From Microcoleus sp. (lineage in GTDB: Bacteria > Cyanobacteriota > Cyanobacteriia > Cyanobacteriales > Microcoleaceae), in NCBI GenBank assembly GCA_042408215.1, contig JAYFMW010000030.1:480001-544000 (forward strand): DNA of 64,000 nt, read 5' to 3'. A program made the position numbers and the translations under genes. Below, piece by piece: positions 8,189 to 20,000 of this stretch (position 1 is the first letter of the stretch; each line of letters begins with the position of its first letter). The notes beneath the pieces are model-generated. The model saw nothing but the letters and a program-made list of their open reading frames with translations. It had not been told where the DNA came from and did not search any database.

Positions 8189-9685
8189 CCAATCTCCCCT
8201 CGACAGCAGAAACCAGATCCCACCCAAACCCAAAACACCACCCAAAACCCCACCTTCCCACCCAAAAACAGTCCCTCCCGGTAAATGTCCCGGCGAAGCC
8301 TTAGAAGTAAAATTCACATCAGAATAGTACACCCACTGATTATTGACCCGCCAGCCCACTCGATCGCCAAACTTATCCCAAACTGTAGCATCGTAAACTC
8401 CCGGCTTTCCCCCTGACTTTAGCCACAAACCCCTTTGCACAGAAAAGCCGAACCTGCGGTGACTGTGCCGCACCCAAAGTCGATCGATAGTCTGCAAATC
8501 CTTAGCCGGAAACTTCCCAATATCTTCCTCAGTCAAATAACCTCGGGAAACTTGCTGCATCACCTCCAGCATCTTAGCAGAAGTTTCCCGATCGGCCCCA
8601 CGCCATTTTTGAGCAGCCAGCAGTCTTTCTAAGTCAGAATAATCAATCCCTTTTTCCGACTCTAACTTCACCGAAACTAGGGGAGTCTGAGTAACAGGTT
8701 GAGTCGGTACAGAAGCACTAACCACTGTCACCTCCTGCAACTTTTGTGGCAGCGGTTCAACAACAGCAGCAGGTTTTAAAGCTGACAAAACTTCCTCAGC
8801 AGACTTGTAACGGTCTTTAACATATTCCTGAATCAACTTGTCCAAAACCTGACCTAAATCCTCACTAATCTTTGTGCCTTTCGGCAAAGCCTCCCTCCAC
8901 AGCCAGCGACCTTCCAGCGGGTCATAAAGGTCATCGTGAATGTCCCCGTAGATATCCAAATAAGGCATAACAGAAGTCAACAAGCGAATGCAAGTCACCC
9001 CCAAACTGTAAAGATCGCTAGCAGGAACAGCCCTCCCGTACCGCTGTTCTAGAGCCACATAGCCGGGAGTTCCCAACTTAGTTCCCGCTTGGCTCGGAGC
9101 AGCAGCTACTACCTGTTTAGAAACCCCAAAATCTATCAGCACCAATTTGCGATCGCGATGGCGGCGGATCACATTCTCAGGCTTAATATCCCGGTGAATT
9201 ACATTGCGCTCATGCACAAAATTCAGCAAAGGCAACAAATCTAACAGCAGTTCCCTAGTTTTAATTTCGCTATAAGCACCGTACTTTTCTAACTCATCCT
9301 TTAAATTATTACCGTCTATAAACTCTTGCACCAAATACAATCGCCCGTCTTCCTCAAAATAAGAAATTAACTGAGGAATTTGCGGATTTTTCAGTTCATA
9401 AAGTCGCCTTGCCTCTTGTTCAAACAGTCGGACATACTTGTTAAAATGACTGGTATTCCGCTGAAATTCCTGCGGTGGCGACAACTGTTTGATCACGCAC
9501 AGTTCCTCAAATTTTCCGTGATTAACAGCTATAAAAGTCCTGCCAAATCCCCCGTCGAGCAGCGGTTCAGTTGCTGCATAAAGGTCTTTTAGCAGCAACT
9601 TTGAACCGCAATTAAGACAATACTTTGTGCCTGGTGGGTTCTGACGCTTGTCTCTTGGGCAATCGAGATTAAGGCAGTATGTCAT
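8186..9685 (-). CDS. Ser/Thr protein kinase with C-terminal GUN4-like domain
   Basis: N-terminal Cys motif; GGFGRTF, VIK, HRDIKPEN, DFG; C-terminal 'GIDYSDLERLLAAQKWRGADRET...RFGFSVQ...GHLP'. Confidence 0.93.
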   Translation of the reverse strand: MTYCLNLDCPRDKRQNPPGTKYCLNCGSKLLLKDLYAATEPLLDGGFGRTFIAVNHGKFEELCVIKQLSPPQEFQRNTSHFNKYVRLFEQEARRLYELKNPQIPQLISYFEEDGRLYLVQEFIDGNNLKDELEKYGAYSEIKTRELLLDLLPLLNFVHERNVIHRDIKPENVIRRHRDRKLVLIDFGVSKQVVAAAPSQAGTKLGTPGYVALEQRYGRAVPASDLYSLGVTCIRLLTSVMPYLDIYGDIHDDLYDPLEGRWLWREALPKGTKISEDLGQVLDKLIQEYVKDRYKSAEEVLSALKPAAVVEPLPQKLQEVTVVSASVPTQPVTQTPLVSVKLESEKGIDYSDLERLLAAQKWRGADRETSAKMLEVMQQVSRGYLTEEDIGKFPAKDLQTIDRLWVRHSHRRFGFSVQRGLWLKSGGKPGVYDATVWDKFGDRVGWRVNNQWVYYSDVNFTSKASPGHLPGGTVFGWEGGVLGGVLGLGGIWFLLSRGDW

Positions 9686-10452
9686 ATATTAAAAACAGGT
9701 GCACAAAATTATACTTAGGGTGTCATTTTATTCAGGAGCGATCGCCCGAACTTTTGTTGTCGAGGCGAAACCCGGAGCCTCTTCTGGGCGGCAGCGACTG
9801 AGCGAGCAGAAGGGGAACTCTAGCCAGACAGCCCCACAGCAAGTATAACTCTCAAGAGGGTTTGACCTCAAACTCGAAGAGTCAGTCTCACCTCAAACTG
9901 CGATCGACACAATACAGCAGTTCCCGCTGTTATGAAACACGGTAGGGACACTCCAAGAGCCGTGTCCCTAGGAGGATTGAACGATAAGTGGGTGTACCTC
10001 ATAACAGCGGTTTCCGCTGTATATTCGACAAAGAGGTAACATAGCAAGCACATTAAACAAAGTCAACTAATTGATCGATAGTAATTTATTACCGCCCAGC
10101 TACCTCTGCAACTTCTCAAAGAAACTTAGGATTCCGCCTGAGATATAATTTTACTAGCAGAGAGAAGCTGTCTAACTCGACCACAGCTTCCGTCAAGTCC
10201 ACGCGAGCGAAGCTATCCCGAAGGGAATCCCCCCGTGATATTTTCCCTGGAAAATTTTTACACCGAACCCAGGCGAAATCAACCATCCAAAACCCCCAAA
10301 TAAACGCACATGAAAATCAAAGACTAGCCGCTCGAACTCAACCCGACCTCAACCAGAACGCCACCCAATAATTAGCCAGTTTTTCAGATTTCCAACCACA
10401 GCCATCACCAGTTACATTAAATTTGACCGATCTACTTAATTAGGAACTACCA

Positions 10453-11904
10453 GTGACACCAAAACTTCAGCCCTCTCCCACTCCAAATTCCCGCAAAGAA
10501 TCTCCCAAAGTACCCTGGTTCGAGCGGTTCATAGCCTTGGTAGCCCTAGGAAATTTAAGCCTAGTATTATTTGACATCAGCTACGTCCCTTGGCGAGATT
10601 TCTACTTCCGGAAACTGCCAGTCCTTACTCAAATATACGATCCATTTAAAGGAATTAAACCTCACCGAGACACCCAGAAATATCTAGAAACCTTAGAAGA
10701 CTTAAAAATTCAAGTAGTGCAAACAGGCTTACCCTCTCCCCAAGTAGCAGCTAAATTGCAGGAACTAGACAATCTCAGCGCGAAAATGATCGACGAAGAC
10801 CCCTTTCGAGTAGCATCAAAAAGTGGTAGCCTCGAAAAAATCAAAGACCGGCTCCGCCAGCGTATTCCGAACCCACAAGACTCCGCCAAACAATCATTCC
10901 AAACATTCTGGAGCCAAGACTATTTAACCAGAAAAGGCTGGCCACAAGAAATCAACTGGTTTGAGCGCAAAATCAAGCCATTAATCGCCATCAACTATTT
11001 CCGCGAAATCGGAGAAAACGGGGAATTCATCGACAATTTTTGGGTCATTGACCTGCCATTTATTGCCATATTTGCGATCGAATTTCTAGCCCGCACCTAC
11101 TTCATCAGCCGCCGCCACCGCAGCGTCACATGGCGGCAAGCCATGCTCTGGCGGTGGTACGACATCTTCATGCTCCTCCCATTCTGGCGGTTATCGCGAG
11201 TATTAACCATCACAATTCGCATCCACCAAGCAAAAATGCCCGATCTCCAACCCATACGCAGTCAAATCAGCCGAGGTTTCGTCGCCAACTTCGCCCAAGA
11301 ATTAACCGAAGTAGTAGTAATTCAACTGATCAACCAGATGCAACAATCCATTAGCAGCGGCGAACTAGCAAAGCAACTTTTCCAATCTCAAAAACAGCGA
11401 TATTTAGACATTAATAATATCAACGAAATAGAAGCGATCGCCACCCATTTAGTTCAAATCACCGTTTACAAAGTCCTCCCTCAACTCCAGCCCGACCTAG
11501 AAGCTCTCCTCCGCTACAATATAGAAATGTTTCTCAAACAATCCCCCCTCTATCAAGGATTCCAGCAAGTACCCGGACTCGGAAACCTCCCCGCACAGCT
11601 AGCAGAGCAATTAGTTGCAGAACTGTCAAAATTAGCCACACTCGGCCCGCAAAATGCCTACGAAGCCTTCAAAATCGCTAGCGAAGATCCCAAAGGCATC
11701 CAACTCTCAAACCAGCTAGTCCAACATTTCGGGCAAGCTTTAGGAGCTGAACTGCAACAGCAGCAAACCTGGCAAGAAATACAACTACTACTGTGCGACT
11801 TCCTAGAAGAGTTCAAAATCAACTACATCCAGCGGTTGAGCGAAGAAGACTTCGAGAAAATTTTAGAACAAGCCAAAGAACTGCAACAAATAGCTCCGCG
11901 TTAG
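10453..11904 (+). CDS. Cyanobacterial hypothetical membrane protein
   Basis: 483-aa ORF with hydrophobic segments ('WFERFIALVA', 'IDLPFIAIFAIEF', 'WRWYD'). Confidence 0.8.
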   Translation: MTPKLQPSPTPNSRKESPKVPWFERFIALVALGNLSLVLFDISYVPWRDFYFRKLPVLTQIYDPFKGIKPHRDTQKYLETLEDLKIQVVQTGLPSPQVAAKLQELDNLSAKMIDEDPFRVASKSGSLEKIKDRLRQRIPNPQDSAKQSFQTFWSQDYLTRKGWPQEINWFERKIKPLIAINYFREIGENGEFIDNFWVIDLPFIAIFAIEFLARTYFISRRHRSVTWRQAMLWRWYDIFMLLPFWRLSRVLTITIRIHQAKMPDLQPIRSQISRGFVANFAQELTEVVVIQLINQMQQSISSGELAKQLFQSQKQRYLDINNINEIEAIATHLVQITVYKVLPQLQPDLEALLRYNIEMFLKQSPLYQGFQQVPGLGNLPAQLAEQLVAELSKLATLGPQNAYEAFKIASEDPKGIQLSNQLVQHFGQALGAELQQQQTWQEIQLLLCDFLEEFKINYIQRLSEEDFEKILEQAKELQQIAPR

Positions 11905-11909
11905 GAAGC

Positions 11910-12250
11910 AGTCATTAGTTATTAGTTATTAGTCATTAGTCATTAGTCATTAGTCATTAGTCATTAGTTATTAGTTATTAGTTATTAGTTATTAGTTATT
12001 AGTTATTTGTGAGTTGCTCCCAATAACGAATGATCCGTTACCAATAACCAATAACCAATAACCGATGCCCCATGCCCCATGCCCCATGCCCCATGCCCCA
12101 TGCCCCATGCCCCATGCCCCATGCCCCATGCCCCATACCCCATGCCCCATGCCCTATGCCCCATGCCCCATGCCCCATGCCCCATGCCCCATGCCCCATG
12201 CCCGATGCCCCATGCCCCATGCCCCATGCCCCATGCCCCATGCCCCACTC
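11910..12250. repeat. STRR arrays (TTAGTCA/TTAGTTA, ACCAATA, GCCCCAT)
   Basis: Tandem heptamers; they generate the spurious MPHAPCP/MGHGAWG ORFs. Confidence 0.95.
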
Positions 12251-12402
12251 CCCCTCCGCGAATGGGCGAGATCCGAAGAGGTTTGTCACTGGGCGGGCGA
12301 TCGAGCTAAACTGAGGACTGAGGAAAACTTCGATCGGAGGAAGCCTTCAAACTTCTTGGAAGAAATTGTTTCACCTAGGAGCCAGACTCAATCGCCAAAA
12401 AG

Positions 12403-13647
12403 CTTGCTAAACTTATCCATAGTCAATCGTAAAAACAGGTTTGTATGTTTGCCATCAAGCGAGCGCTCAAATTGAATAACCAAGCTTGCACCTTGCTGGC
12501 AAAACACGCAGGATTCAGACGGGTCGTCTTCAATATGGGACTATCCCTGCGGACTCAAATGTATAGCGAAGGCAAGCTTACCGACTCAAAAGTAATTAAC
12601 GAAGTCAAAAAAGTTTTGACCAATCACGTCAAGAAACAACCTGAATTTAACTGGATGAATCAACTATCCAGCCGAGTATATCAAAACGCATTAATCGACT
12701 TGAAAGATGCGTTCAGTCGTTACAGAGCCGGAAAGTCAGGTCATCCAAGATTCGCAAGTCGCAGAAACGGGCAATCCTTCACAGTAGATTCATCAAACGG
12801 AAAAGTTTTACTTGCTGCTGGAAATACAATTAAAATTCCCACCCTCGGAACATTCCGACTGCACGAACCACTGGAAAGTAGCTTTGTTTCCCAGACTTTC
12901 ACCCTGTCAAAAGAAGGAAGTCGATGGTTCGTCTCCTTCTGCGTTGACGCCGAACGCTTGCCCGGGAAGCAACTGCAAGAATCCGTAGGCATTGATGTCG
13001 GAGTTAAATCCTTTGCCACCCTGTCAAACCATCAAGTGTTTGATGCGCCCAAACCGTTAAAGCAAGCGAAAACCAAGCTAGCAAAATTACAACGCAAGGC
13101 TTCAAAACAGGTAAAAGGTTCCAACAATCAGCGCAAAACTGAAGATAAAATTAGCCGCATTCACTCGCGGATATCCGCGATCCGCTCAGATTTCCTCCAT
13201 AAGTTAACAACTTACTTGGCGAAAACTTTCAAGCGAATTAAGATAGAAGACTTAAACGTGAAGGGAATGATGGCTAATCATAAAATTGCCGGAGCCATAT
13301 CGGACTTAGGTTTTTACAAATTCAAGCGCCAACTCGAATACAAATGTCAGATGTATGGAGCAAATTTAGTGCTAGTAGACCAATGGTTTCCTAGTTCCAA
13401 AACCTGCTCCAACTGCGGACACAAAAAAGATCTGCCACTGAGTCTCAGGACTTATGATTGCCCTGTTTGTGGTAGATCGATTGACAGAGACTTAAATGCC
13501 AGTTTGAACATTTTAAACTGGGAACCTTCGGCTTGAGGGGGATAGCCTGCCGATCTTGGGATGGCCGACCACCCAACAGCGCAGGAAGTAAACACTAATT
13601 GTTCAAAGTCTAACTTTGAACAAGTCTAGATAAGTTTTATAGAGCAG
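12403..13647 (+). mobile_element. Non-autonomous IS607-like element carrying tnpB only
   Basis: AG dinucleotide at both junctions (12401-12402 and 13646-13647); inverted AACTTATC motif near both ends; removal restores the hairpin AAAAAGTGGG-TCAAG-CCCACTTTTT; no serine recombinase gene. Confidence 0.75.
12445..13536 (+). CDS. tnpB: RNA-guided endonuclease TnpB
   Basis: RuvC motifs GIDVG, IEDL, DRDLNA; zinc finger CSNC...CPVC. Confidence 0.95.
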   Translation: MFAIKRALKLNNQACTLLAKHAGFRRVVFNMGLSLRTQMYSEGKLTDSKVINEVKKVLTNHVKKQPEFNWMNQLSSRVYQNALIDLKDAFSRYRAGKSGHPRFASRRNGQSFTVDSSNGKVLLAAGNTIKIPTLGTFRLHEPLESSFVSQTFTLSKEGSRWFVSFCVDAERLPGKQLQESVGIDVGVKSFATLSNHQVFDAPKPLKQAKTKLAKLQRKASKQVKGSNNQRKTEDKISRIHSRISAIRSDFLHKLTTYLAKTFKRIKIEDLNVKGMMANHKIAGAISDLGFYKFKRQLEYKCQMYGANLVLVDQWFPSSKTCSNCGHKKDLPLSLRTYDCPVCGRSIDRDLNASLNILNWEPSA

Positions 13648-13669
13648 TGGGTCAAGCCCACTTTTTTTT
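13646..13669 (+). terminator. Hairpin plus U-tract in the rimP leader
   Basis: AGTGGG-TCAAG-CCCACT followed by a T run. Confidence 0.6.
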
Positions 13670-13761
13670 GTTGCATCGATCGCAGGAAAAGGGCTGAGTA
13701 CATCACACTTGCGAGTCCAAGACCTGATTTTTCCTTGCTTGTTTTAACTCAAAAATTCCAT

Positions 13762-14229
13762 ATGACTCATCCCCTAATCCCACAAATCATTGACTTAGCT
13801 ACCCCCGTTGCCGAAACACTGGGATTGGAAGTAGTGGGAGCAGTGTTTCACACCAACCAAAATCCTCCCGTCTTACGGGTAGATATTCGCAACCTCCAGC
13901 AAGACACCGGTTTAGCCGACTGCGAGCGGATGAGCACAGCCCTCGAAGCCGAATTAGAGGTAGCCGACATCATACCCGACGCCTACGTGCTAGAGATTTC
14001 CAGTCCCGGTATATCCCGATTGCTCAGCAGCGATCGAGAATTCATTACCTTTAAAGGTTTCCCGGTGACAGTCAAAGCCGCCGAACCGGATTCGCGAATC
14101 AAAGAGTGGAAAGGACAACTGGTCTGCCGCGATGAAACAACAGTTTATCTCAATCAAAAAGGGCGACAGATTAAAATTCCCCGCCCTCTGATTGCCCAAG
14201 TAGAACTAGACGAAGGAAAGGAGATGTAA
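13762..14229 (+). CDS. rimP: Ribosome maturation factor RimP
   Basis: 'LRVDI', 'DCERMS', 'YVLEISSPG'; first gene of the nusA-infB operon. Confidence 0.95.
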   Translation: MTHPLIPQIIDLATPVAETLGLEVVGAVFHTNQNPPVLRVDIRNLQQDTGLADCERMSTALEAELEVADIIPDAYVLEISSPGISRLLSSDREFITFKGFPVTVKAAEPDSRIKEWKGQLVCRDETTVYLNQKGRQIKIPRPLIAQVELDEGKEM

Positions 14230-14363
14230 AAGGAAGTTTTGAGTCTTGAGTTCTACTAATCCCTCATCACTCATAATTTACCCTCGGCAATTGCCGATGA
14301 CCGATGCCCCATGACCGATGCCCTGTTTGGCCGATTACCCAATTACAAAAAGGAGTTTTTTAT

Positions 14364-15647
14364 ATGTCAATGGTTCCTCTGCCCGGACTAAAAGAAATGG
14401 TCGAAGGTATTAGCAAAGATCGCAATTTACCCAAACACGCCGTCCAAGCAGCCTTGCGAGAAGCCCTGCTCAAAGGATACGAACGCTACCGCCGTACCCA
14501 AAAACTCGACCACTTCAGCGAAGAATACTTCGACAATTTTGATGTAGAACTCGACGCAGAACAAGAAGGTTTCCGCGTTTTAGCCAACAAAACTATTGTT
14601 GAAGAAGTTAACAATCCCGATCACGAGATCGCACTCTCTGAAGTGCAGGAAGTGGCCACCGAAGCTCAACCGGGTAGCATTGTTCTCGTAGATGTAACAC
14701 CCAATCAAAAAGAATTTGGTCGGATGGCTGCCATCCAGACTAAACAAGTGCTGGCTCAAAAACTGCGCGACCAACAGCGCAAAATGATTCAAGAAGAATT
14801 CAAAGATTTAGAAGAAACTGTTCTTCAAGCAAGAGTTCTCAGGTTTGAGAGGCAGTCGGTAATTTTAGCAGTCACCAGCAGTTTCGGTCAGCCAGAAGTA
14901 GATGCCGAACTCCCCAAACGTGAACAGTTGCCCAATGACAATTACCGCGCCAACGCTACATTTAAGGTCTACCTCAAACAAGTAGGCGAAGGCTCTACTA
15001 GAGGCCCACAGTTACTCGTCTCTAGAGCCGATGCAGGTTTGGTGGTTTACCTGTTTGCGAATGAAGTCCCCGAAATAGAAGACGGAGTGGTGAGAATTGT
15101 TGCCGTAGCTAGAGAGGCAAATCCCCCTTCCCGCCATGTCGGCCCCCGGACTAAAATAGCTGTTGATACTCTCGATCGCGACGTAGACCCCGTAGGAGCC
15201 TGCATCGGAGCGCGGGGATCGCGGATTCAGGTAGTAGTCAACGAATTGCGCGGAGAAAAAATCGACGTGATCCGCTGGTCTCCAGACCCATCAACTTATA
15301 TTGCTAACGCTCTGAGTCCAGCTAGGGTAGATGAAGTGCGTTTAGTTGCCCCAGAAGGCAGACGGGCACACATTTTGGTCGCTGAAGACCAACTCAGTCT
15401 CGCCATTGGCAAAGAAGGTCAGAACGTCCGCCTCGCAGCCCGCCTGACCGGTTGGAAAATCGATATCAAAGATATTGCCAAGTACGATCGCGCCTCCGAA
15501 GATAGCAAATTAGCAGCAGAAGAGACCAGGCTTGAGGAACTAGCAGCCGCAGAGGAGGAAGCCGCCGAATTTGAGGGAGACAGAGAAACCGCAGAATTTG
15601 AGGCAGAGGAAGCCACAGCAATGGACGAAACCGCAGCCGGGATCTAA
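14364..15647 (+). CDS. nusA: Transcription factor NusA
   Basis: 'FGRMAAIQTKQV', 'DPVGACIGARGSRI', 'LAIGKEGQNVRLAA'; AGGAG RBS. Confidence 0.98.
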   Translation: MSMVPLPGLKEMVEGISKDRNLPKHAVQAALREALLKGYERYRRTQKLDHFSEEYFDNFDVELDAEQEGFRVLANKTIVEEVNNPDHEIALSEVQEVATEAQPGSIVLVDVTPNQKEFGRMAAIQTKQVLAQKLRDQQRKMIQEEFKDLEETVLQARVLRFERQSVILAVTSSFGQPEVDAELPKREQLPNDNYRANATFKVYLKQVGEGSTRGPQLLVSRADAGLVVYLFANEVPEIEDGVVRIVAVAREANPPSRHVGPRTKIAVDTLDRDVDPVGACIGARGSRIQVVVNELRGEKIDVIRWSPDPSTYIANALSPARVDEVRLVAPEGRRAHILVAEDQLSLAIGKEGQNVRLAARLTGWKIDIKDIAKYDRASEDSKLAAEETRLEELAAAEEEAAEFEGDRETAEFEAEEATAMDETAAGI

Positions 15648-15776
15648 AAACCTGTGACATTTACAAGACTTGCCCCAGGGGGAGACCAGGAGGACTTCTC
15701 CCCCATTCCCACACTCCCCCACTCTCCTCCAACTGTGCGAGATCACGGACTATTCCCCCTCTCCCCCTCCCAAGTG

Positions 15777-16103
15777 ATGAAACCGAACTACCGATGCTGT
15801 GCCTGTTGTCGCAAAATAGCTCTCAAAGAAGATTTTTGGCGAGTAGTCAGGGTCTATCCTTCTCATCAGGTACAATTAGATAGTGGCATGGGTCGTTCAG
15901 CTTACCTTTGTCCGCAAGTAGAATGCCTCAAAGCAGCTCAGAAAAAAAATCGACTTGGGCGATCGCTCAAAGCACCTGTGTCTGACGAACTCTACCAAAC
16001 ACTTTGGCAGCGTTTAGCCAGATCAGACATGACCAGCTCCCGGCTTAAAGCCGACAAGAGTGAGCGTGTAAACTGTTGGCCTATAGTAAACGAATTTTTG
16101 TAA
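15777..16103 (+). CDS. ylxR: YlxR (DUF448) family RNA-binding protein
   Basis: 'RCCACCRK', 'GRSAYLC', position between nusA and infB. Confidence 0.88.
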   Translation: MKPNYRCCACCRKIALKEDFWRVVRVYPSHQVQLDSGMGRSAYLCPQVECLKAAQKKNRLGRSLKAPVSDELYQTLWQRLARSDMTSSRLKADKSERVNCWPIVNEFL

Positions 16104-17078
16104 ATTCCGAGCACTTCGAATTCGCGAGCGTGACCAGCGGTAGAAATTGGTAGTATGTCCTATGGACGCTACCGTTTAAAATGACCGCGTTGAAGCATCG
16201 GGCTTTTAAGAAAGTTTCGTAGTCAGCGCCACGGCTGTGCCCCCAAAACTTCGACTTCGCTCTGTTACCGTTTTTATATAGCGCTTTCAGTATTTTGTTG
16301 ACAGCTTTGAGAGATACCTCCCGATCCGTCAGGCTAAAAGCTTGATAGATCTGCCATACACAGTAGATTTAGGCGCAATCCTGGATTTACCGGGTTAAAT
16401 GTATCTGTTGATTAATATCTGGGTATATTTAGGCAATTATCTGCATAAATGCCTAGATATTAGTTGTAACATGGGATTACGCCTGATTAGTGCGGGTTGT
16501 TAAAGCTTAGAGGAGTGTGAAAACCTAGAAACACTTGACACAAACTAATCATCCAAATAACTTAATGCCTTCAGTCCTTTGCTGTTAACAGCAATCTCTA
16601 ACTGGGAAGATCAGGTCAAACTGAGTAATCGGTAAGCCCCCTGGCGCTTGATCGAGGCCTCTTATACACCGCTGACTTTCCTCTACCCATATTTGCGGAC
16701 TAGCGCCTAGATATGCGTAGGTTTTTATAAGCGGCTAGAACTAAAACCCCAATCCGATCTGCCCACCAGTCTGGAAAGATTTGTGTCAGATTAGATAAGG
16801 GTAGGGTACTAGCAGAGGTATCCTCAAAGTGGAAAGGCGAACTTTGAAGCTTGAGAGAGTGGCTTGAGCCAAAACTCAGACTTCTAATTTATAAGTTCCC
16901 AAACAGACTTGAGAATTCTCCGAACGCAGACTTCAGCGGGTTGCATCTTCTAGAGCAAACTGCTGAGCAAGTACCAAAACCCCGATTCCTGACACTGAAT
17001 CTAAACAGCGAATGATGTCGTCATTAGAACAAAAAATCACAATGTAAAAACTGGTTGGCACAAAAGAGGGCAGAGTGG

Positions 17079-20000
17079 ATGAACAACGGCAAAGTAAGAA
17101 TTTACGAATTATCACGGGAACTAAATTTGGATAATAAAGACATCTTGGCAGTTTGCGAGCGGCTCAATATTTCAGTCAAGAGCCACAGCAGCACAATTAC
17201 AGAATCCGAAGCAGAACGTATTCGCAAAACAGCGGAAAAATACGTCGCCAGCCACTCTTCCCCCGGCAAGCCAGCTCCTTCTGAGAGAGCAGCAGCGCCA
17301 TCGAGAGAATCTGGCCCTCATCCTAACGATCAACAAAAAAAGCAGCAAATTTTAGAAATACGCAGTCCAAAAGTACGACCCCAGGCTGGTGCAAACTCCC
17401 AGCAGTCGGGGAATGAGGAGAGAAAAAAACCGCAGGCAACCGTCGCCACTCCTCCCAAATCACCCGTCGCTCAACAGCTCCAGCCTCCGGCTAAACCAAA
17501 TATCAATCGACCCGTACTGTCGAAGCCTACTGTTCCATCAGCAACGGCTTCGTCAGAAACAGTGTCAGAAACAGTGTCAGAAACAGTAGGTGCGATCGCC
17601 TTAGAAACAGACACCCAGGCTGCTGCATCGACAGCACCCCAACCGTCGTCGGAAAAGGCTCCCGAACGAAAAGAGCGCATGGCGATCGCTCCCGGGCCGT
17701 CGGCAAAACTGACCTCGCCACCAGTCAGACCCGCCGGAGAGTCGGCTAACCGCACCCAACTGAATCAGGGGAATCGGCCGGTACTCAAACTTGCCAAAAC
17801 TGAGCAAGAACAATCAGAACAGGCAGAAAGTCTGGAAGCACCTGCTAAACCGACTCGACCGAGCCGACCCGCCCCCGGTGGTACCGAATCTCGCCCGCAA
17901 AGACCGCGCCTGGATGGGCCCGCAAGCGTCAAAACTCAACTTGCCGCTCGACCCCAGCCTGGTGGCGGCCCACGGCGGAGCCTGGCCCCGGCAACGTCAG
18001 CTACCGGGCTGCGTAGCCGCGGTGGTGACACCGGAGCGGCTGGGGATGACAGTGACGATAATGAAGAAGATAATACGCCGTTGCTGGGGATTACTCTCCT
18101 CGAAAGGCCCTCCCTCCCTCGTCCGGCCAAAAAGACTCAGGTCATTTGGGAAGAAGATGACGAAGAAAACTCAGATGCTGCCAAAGCCGCCAAGGCTGGC
18201 AAGGTCAAGCGTTCTCGACTAAAACCCATAGACGAAGACGACGATGACCTAGAAAATGGCTTGGATATGCCAGCACCAGTAATGGTCAGCCTGTCCCTAG
18301 CCCGACCTGCTAAGGCGAAGTCACAAGCAGCACCCAAATCAACACCAACTCCGGGCGCACCCGGCAGCAGTGGCAAAAATAAGAGACCGGGCCCTTCTCA
18401 CGATAAAAGCTCGTCTGGTTCGACCGGCGGACGTGGTAGCCGTGGCAAAACAGCCGAAGCTAAGGTAGAACGTCCAGAAACACTGGTACTCAGCAGGCCG
18501 ATGACCGTTCAGGAACTCGCAGGTACTCTGGCTGTTCCCGAAACCGAAATTATCAAGCGGCTGTTCTCTAAAGGCATTGCGGTTAACATTACTGAAACCC
18601 TGGACATTGCAGCGGTGAGAATGGTAGCTGAAGAAATGGGCATAGAGGTGGAAACCCCTGAAAAAGTAGCCCCAGCTATCAAAGTCATCGAGATGCTGGA
18701 CGAGGCAGATATGGAATACCTCCAGCGCCGTCCGCCAGTAGTAACGATTATGGGTCACGTGGATCACGGTAAAACTACCTTGCTCGACTCGATCCGCAAA
18801 ACCAAGGTGGCTCAAGGAGAAGCTGGGGGCATTACCCAGCACATCGGTGCTTACCACGTGGATGTGGTACACGAAGGCAAGAGCCAGCAGGTCGTATTTT
18901 TGGATACTCCAGGTCACGAAGCCTTTACAGCGATGCGGGCTCGCGGAACGCGGGTGACAGACATCGCTATCTTGGTGGTGGCGGCCGATGACGGTGTGCG
19001 ACCCCAGACAATTGAAGCTATCAGTCACGCCAAAGCGGCTAAAGTGCCAATTGTTGTGGCGATTAATAAAATTGACAAGGAGGGCGCTCAGCCGGAACGG
19101 GTGAAGCAAGAGCTTACAGAGTACGGCTTGGTTGCAGATGACTGGGGCGGCGATGTCACGATGGTTCCTGTCAGCGCTATCCGAGGGGAAAACCTCGATA
19201 CGCTGTTGGAAATGATTCTGACAGTCGCGGAAATGGAAGACCTCAACGCCAACCCGAACCGAGCGGCTAAGGGTACTGTAATTGAAGCTCACCTCGACAA
19301 GGCAAGGGGGCCTGTGGCAACTCTGCTGGTGCAAAATGGCACTCTGCGAGTGGGCGATATTGTGGTCGCAGGCTCGGCCTTGGGTAAGGTGCGGGCAATG
19401 ATTGACGATCGCGGCGATCGCGTCGATCAAGCAACTCCATCCTTTGCGGTGGAAGTGCTGGGGCTGCGGGAAGTTCCTCGCGCCGGAGACGAGTTCGATG
19501 TCTTCGGGAACGAAAAAGAGGCGGCGGCGATCGCCTCTGCTCGCTCTACATCCCAACGAGATTCCCGTCTGCTGCAAGGCGGCAGGATCAGCCTCAGCGG
19601 CTTCTCTCAACAAGCTAAGGAAGGCGTTCTCAAGGAACTCAACTTGATCTTGAAGGCAGATGTCCAAGGCTCCCTCGAAGCAATTGTCGGCGCTCTGACC
19701 CAACTTCCTCAAAAAGAAGTTCAACTCCGACTGCTGCTATCTGCTCCTGGGGAAGTCACAGAAACCGACATTGACCTCGCAGCCGCTAGTAATGCCGTGA
19801 TTATCGGGTTCAATACTACTCTCGCCACCGGCGCTCGCCAAGCGGCCGACCAAGCAGGGGTAGACGTGCGGGAATACAGCATCATCTACAACCTCTTGGA
19901 TGACATTCAAGGGGCGATGGAAGGCCTGCTGGAACCTGAATTGGTGGAAGAACCTCTGGGTGAAGTGTCAGTCCGCGCTGTCTTCGCGATCGGTCGTGGG

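Noticed and set aside
12003..12475. ORFs reading MPHAPCP/MGHGAWG (also at 51534-52230 and 29341-29529)
   Set aside because: Translations of stop-free heptamer STRR arrays.
12403..13647. IStron (group I intron fused to an IS)
   Set aside because: Only 42 bp lie between the left end and tnpB, too short for an intron core.
18339..19724. 461-aa antisense ORF within infB
   Set aside because: Shadow frame of a conserved gene; no recognisable motifs.
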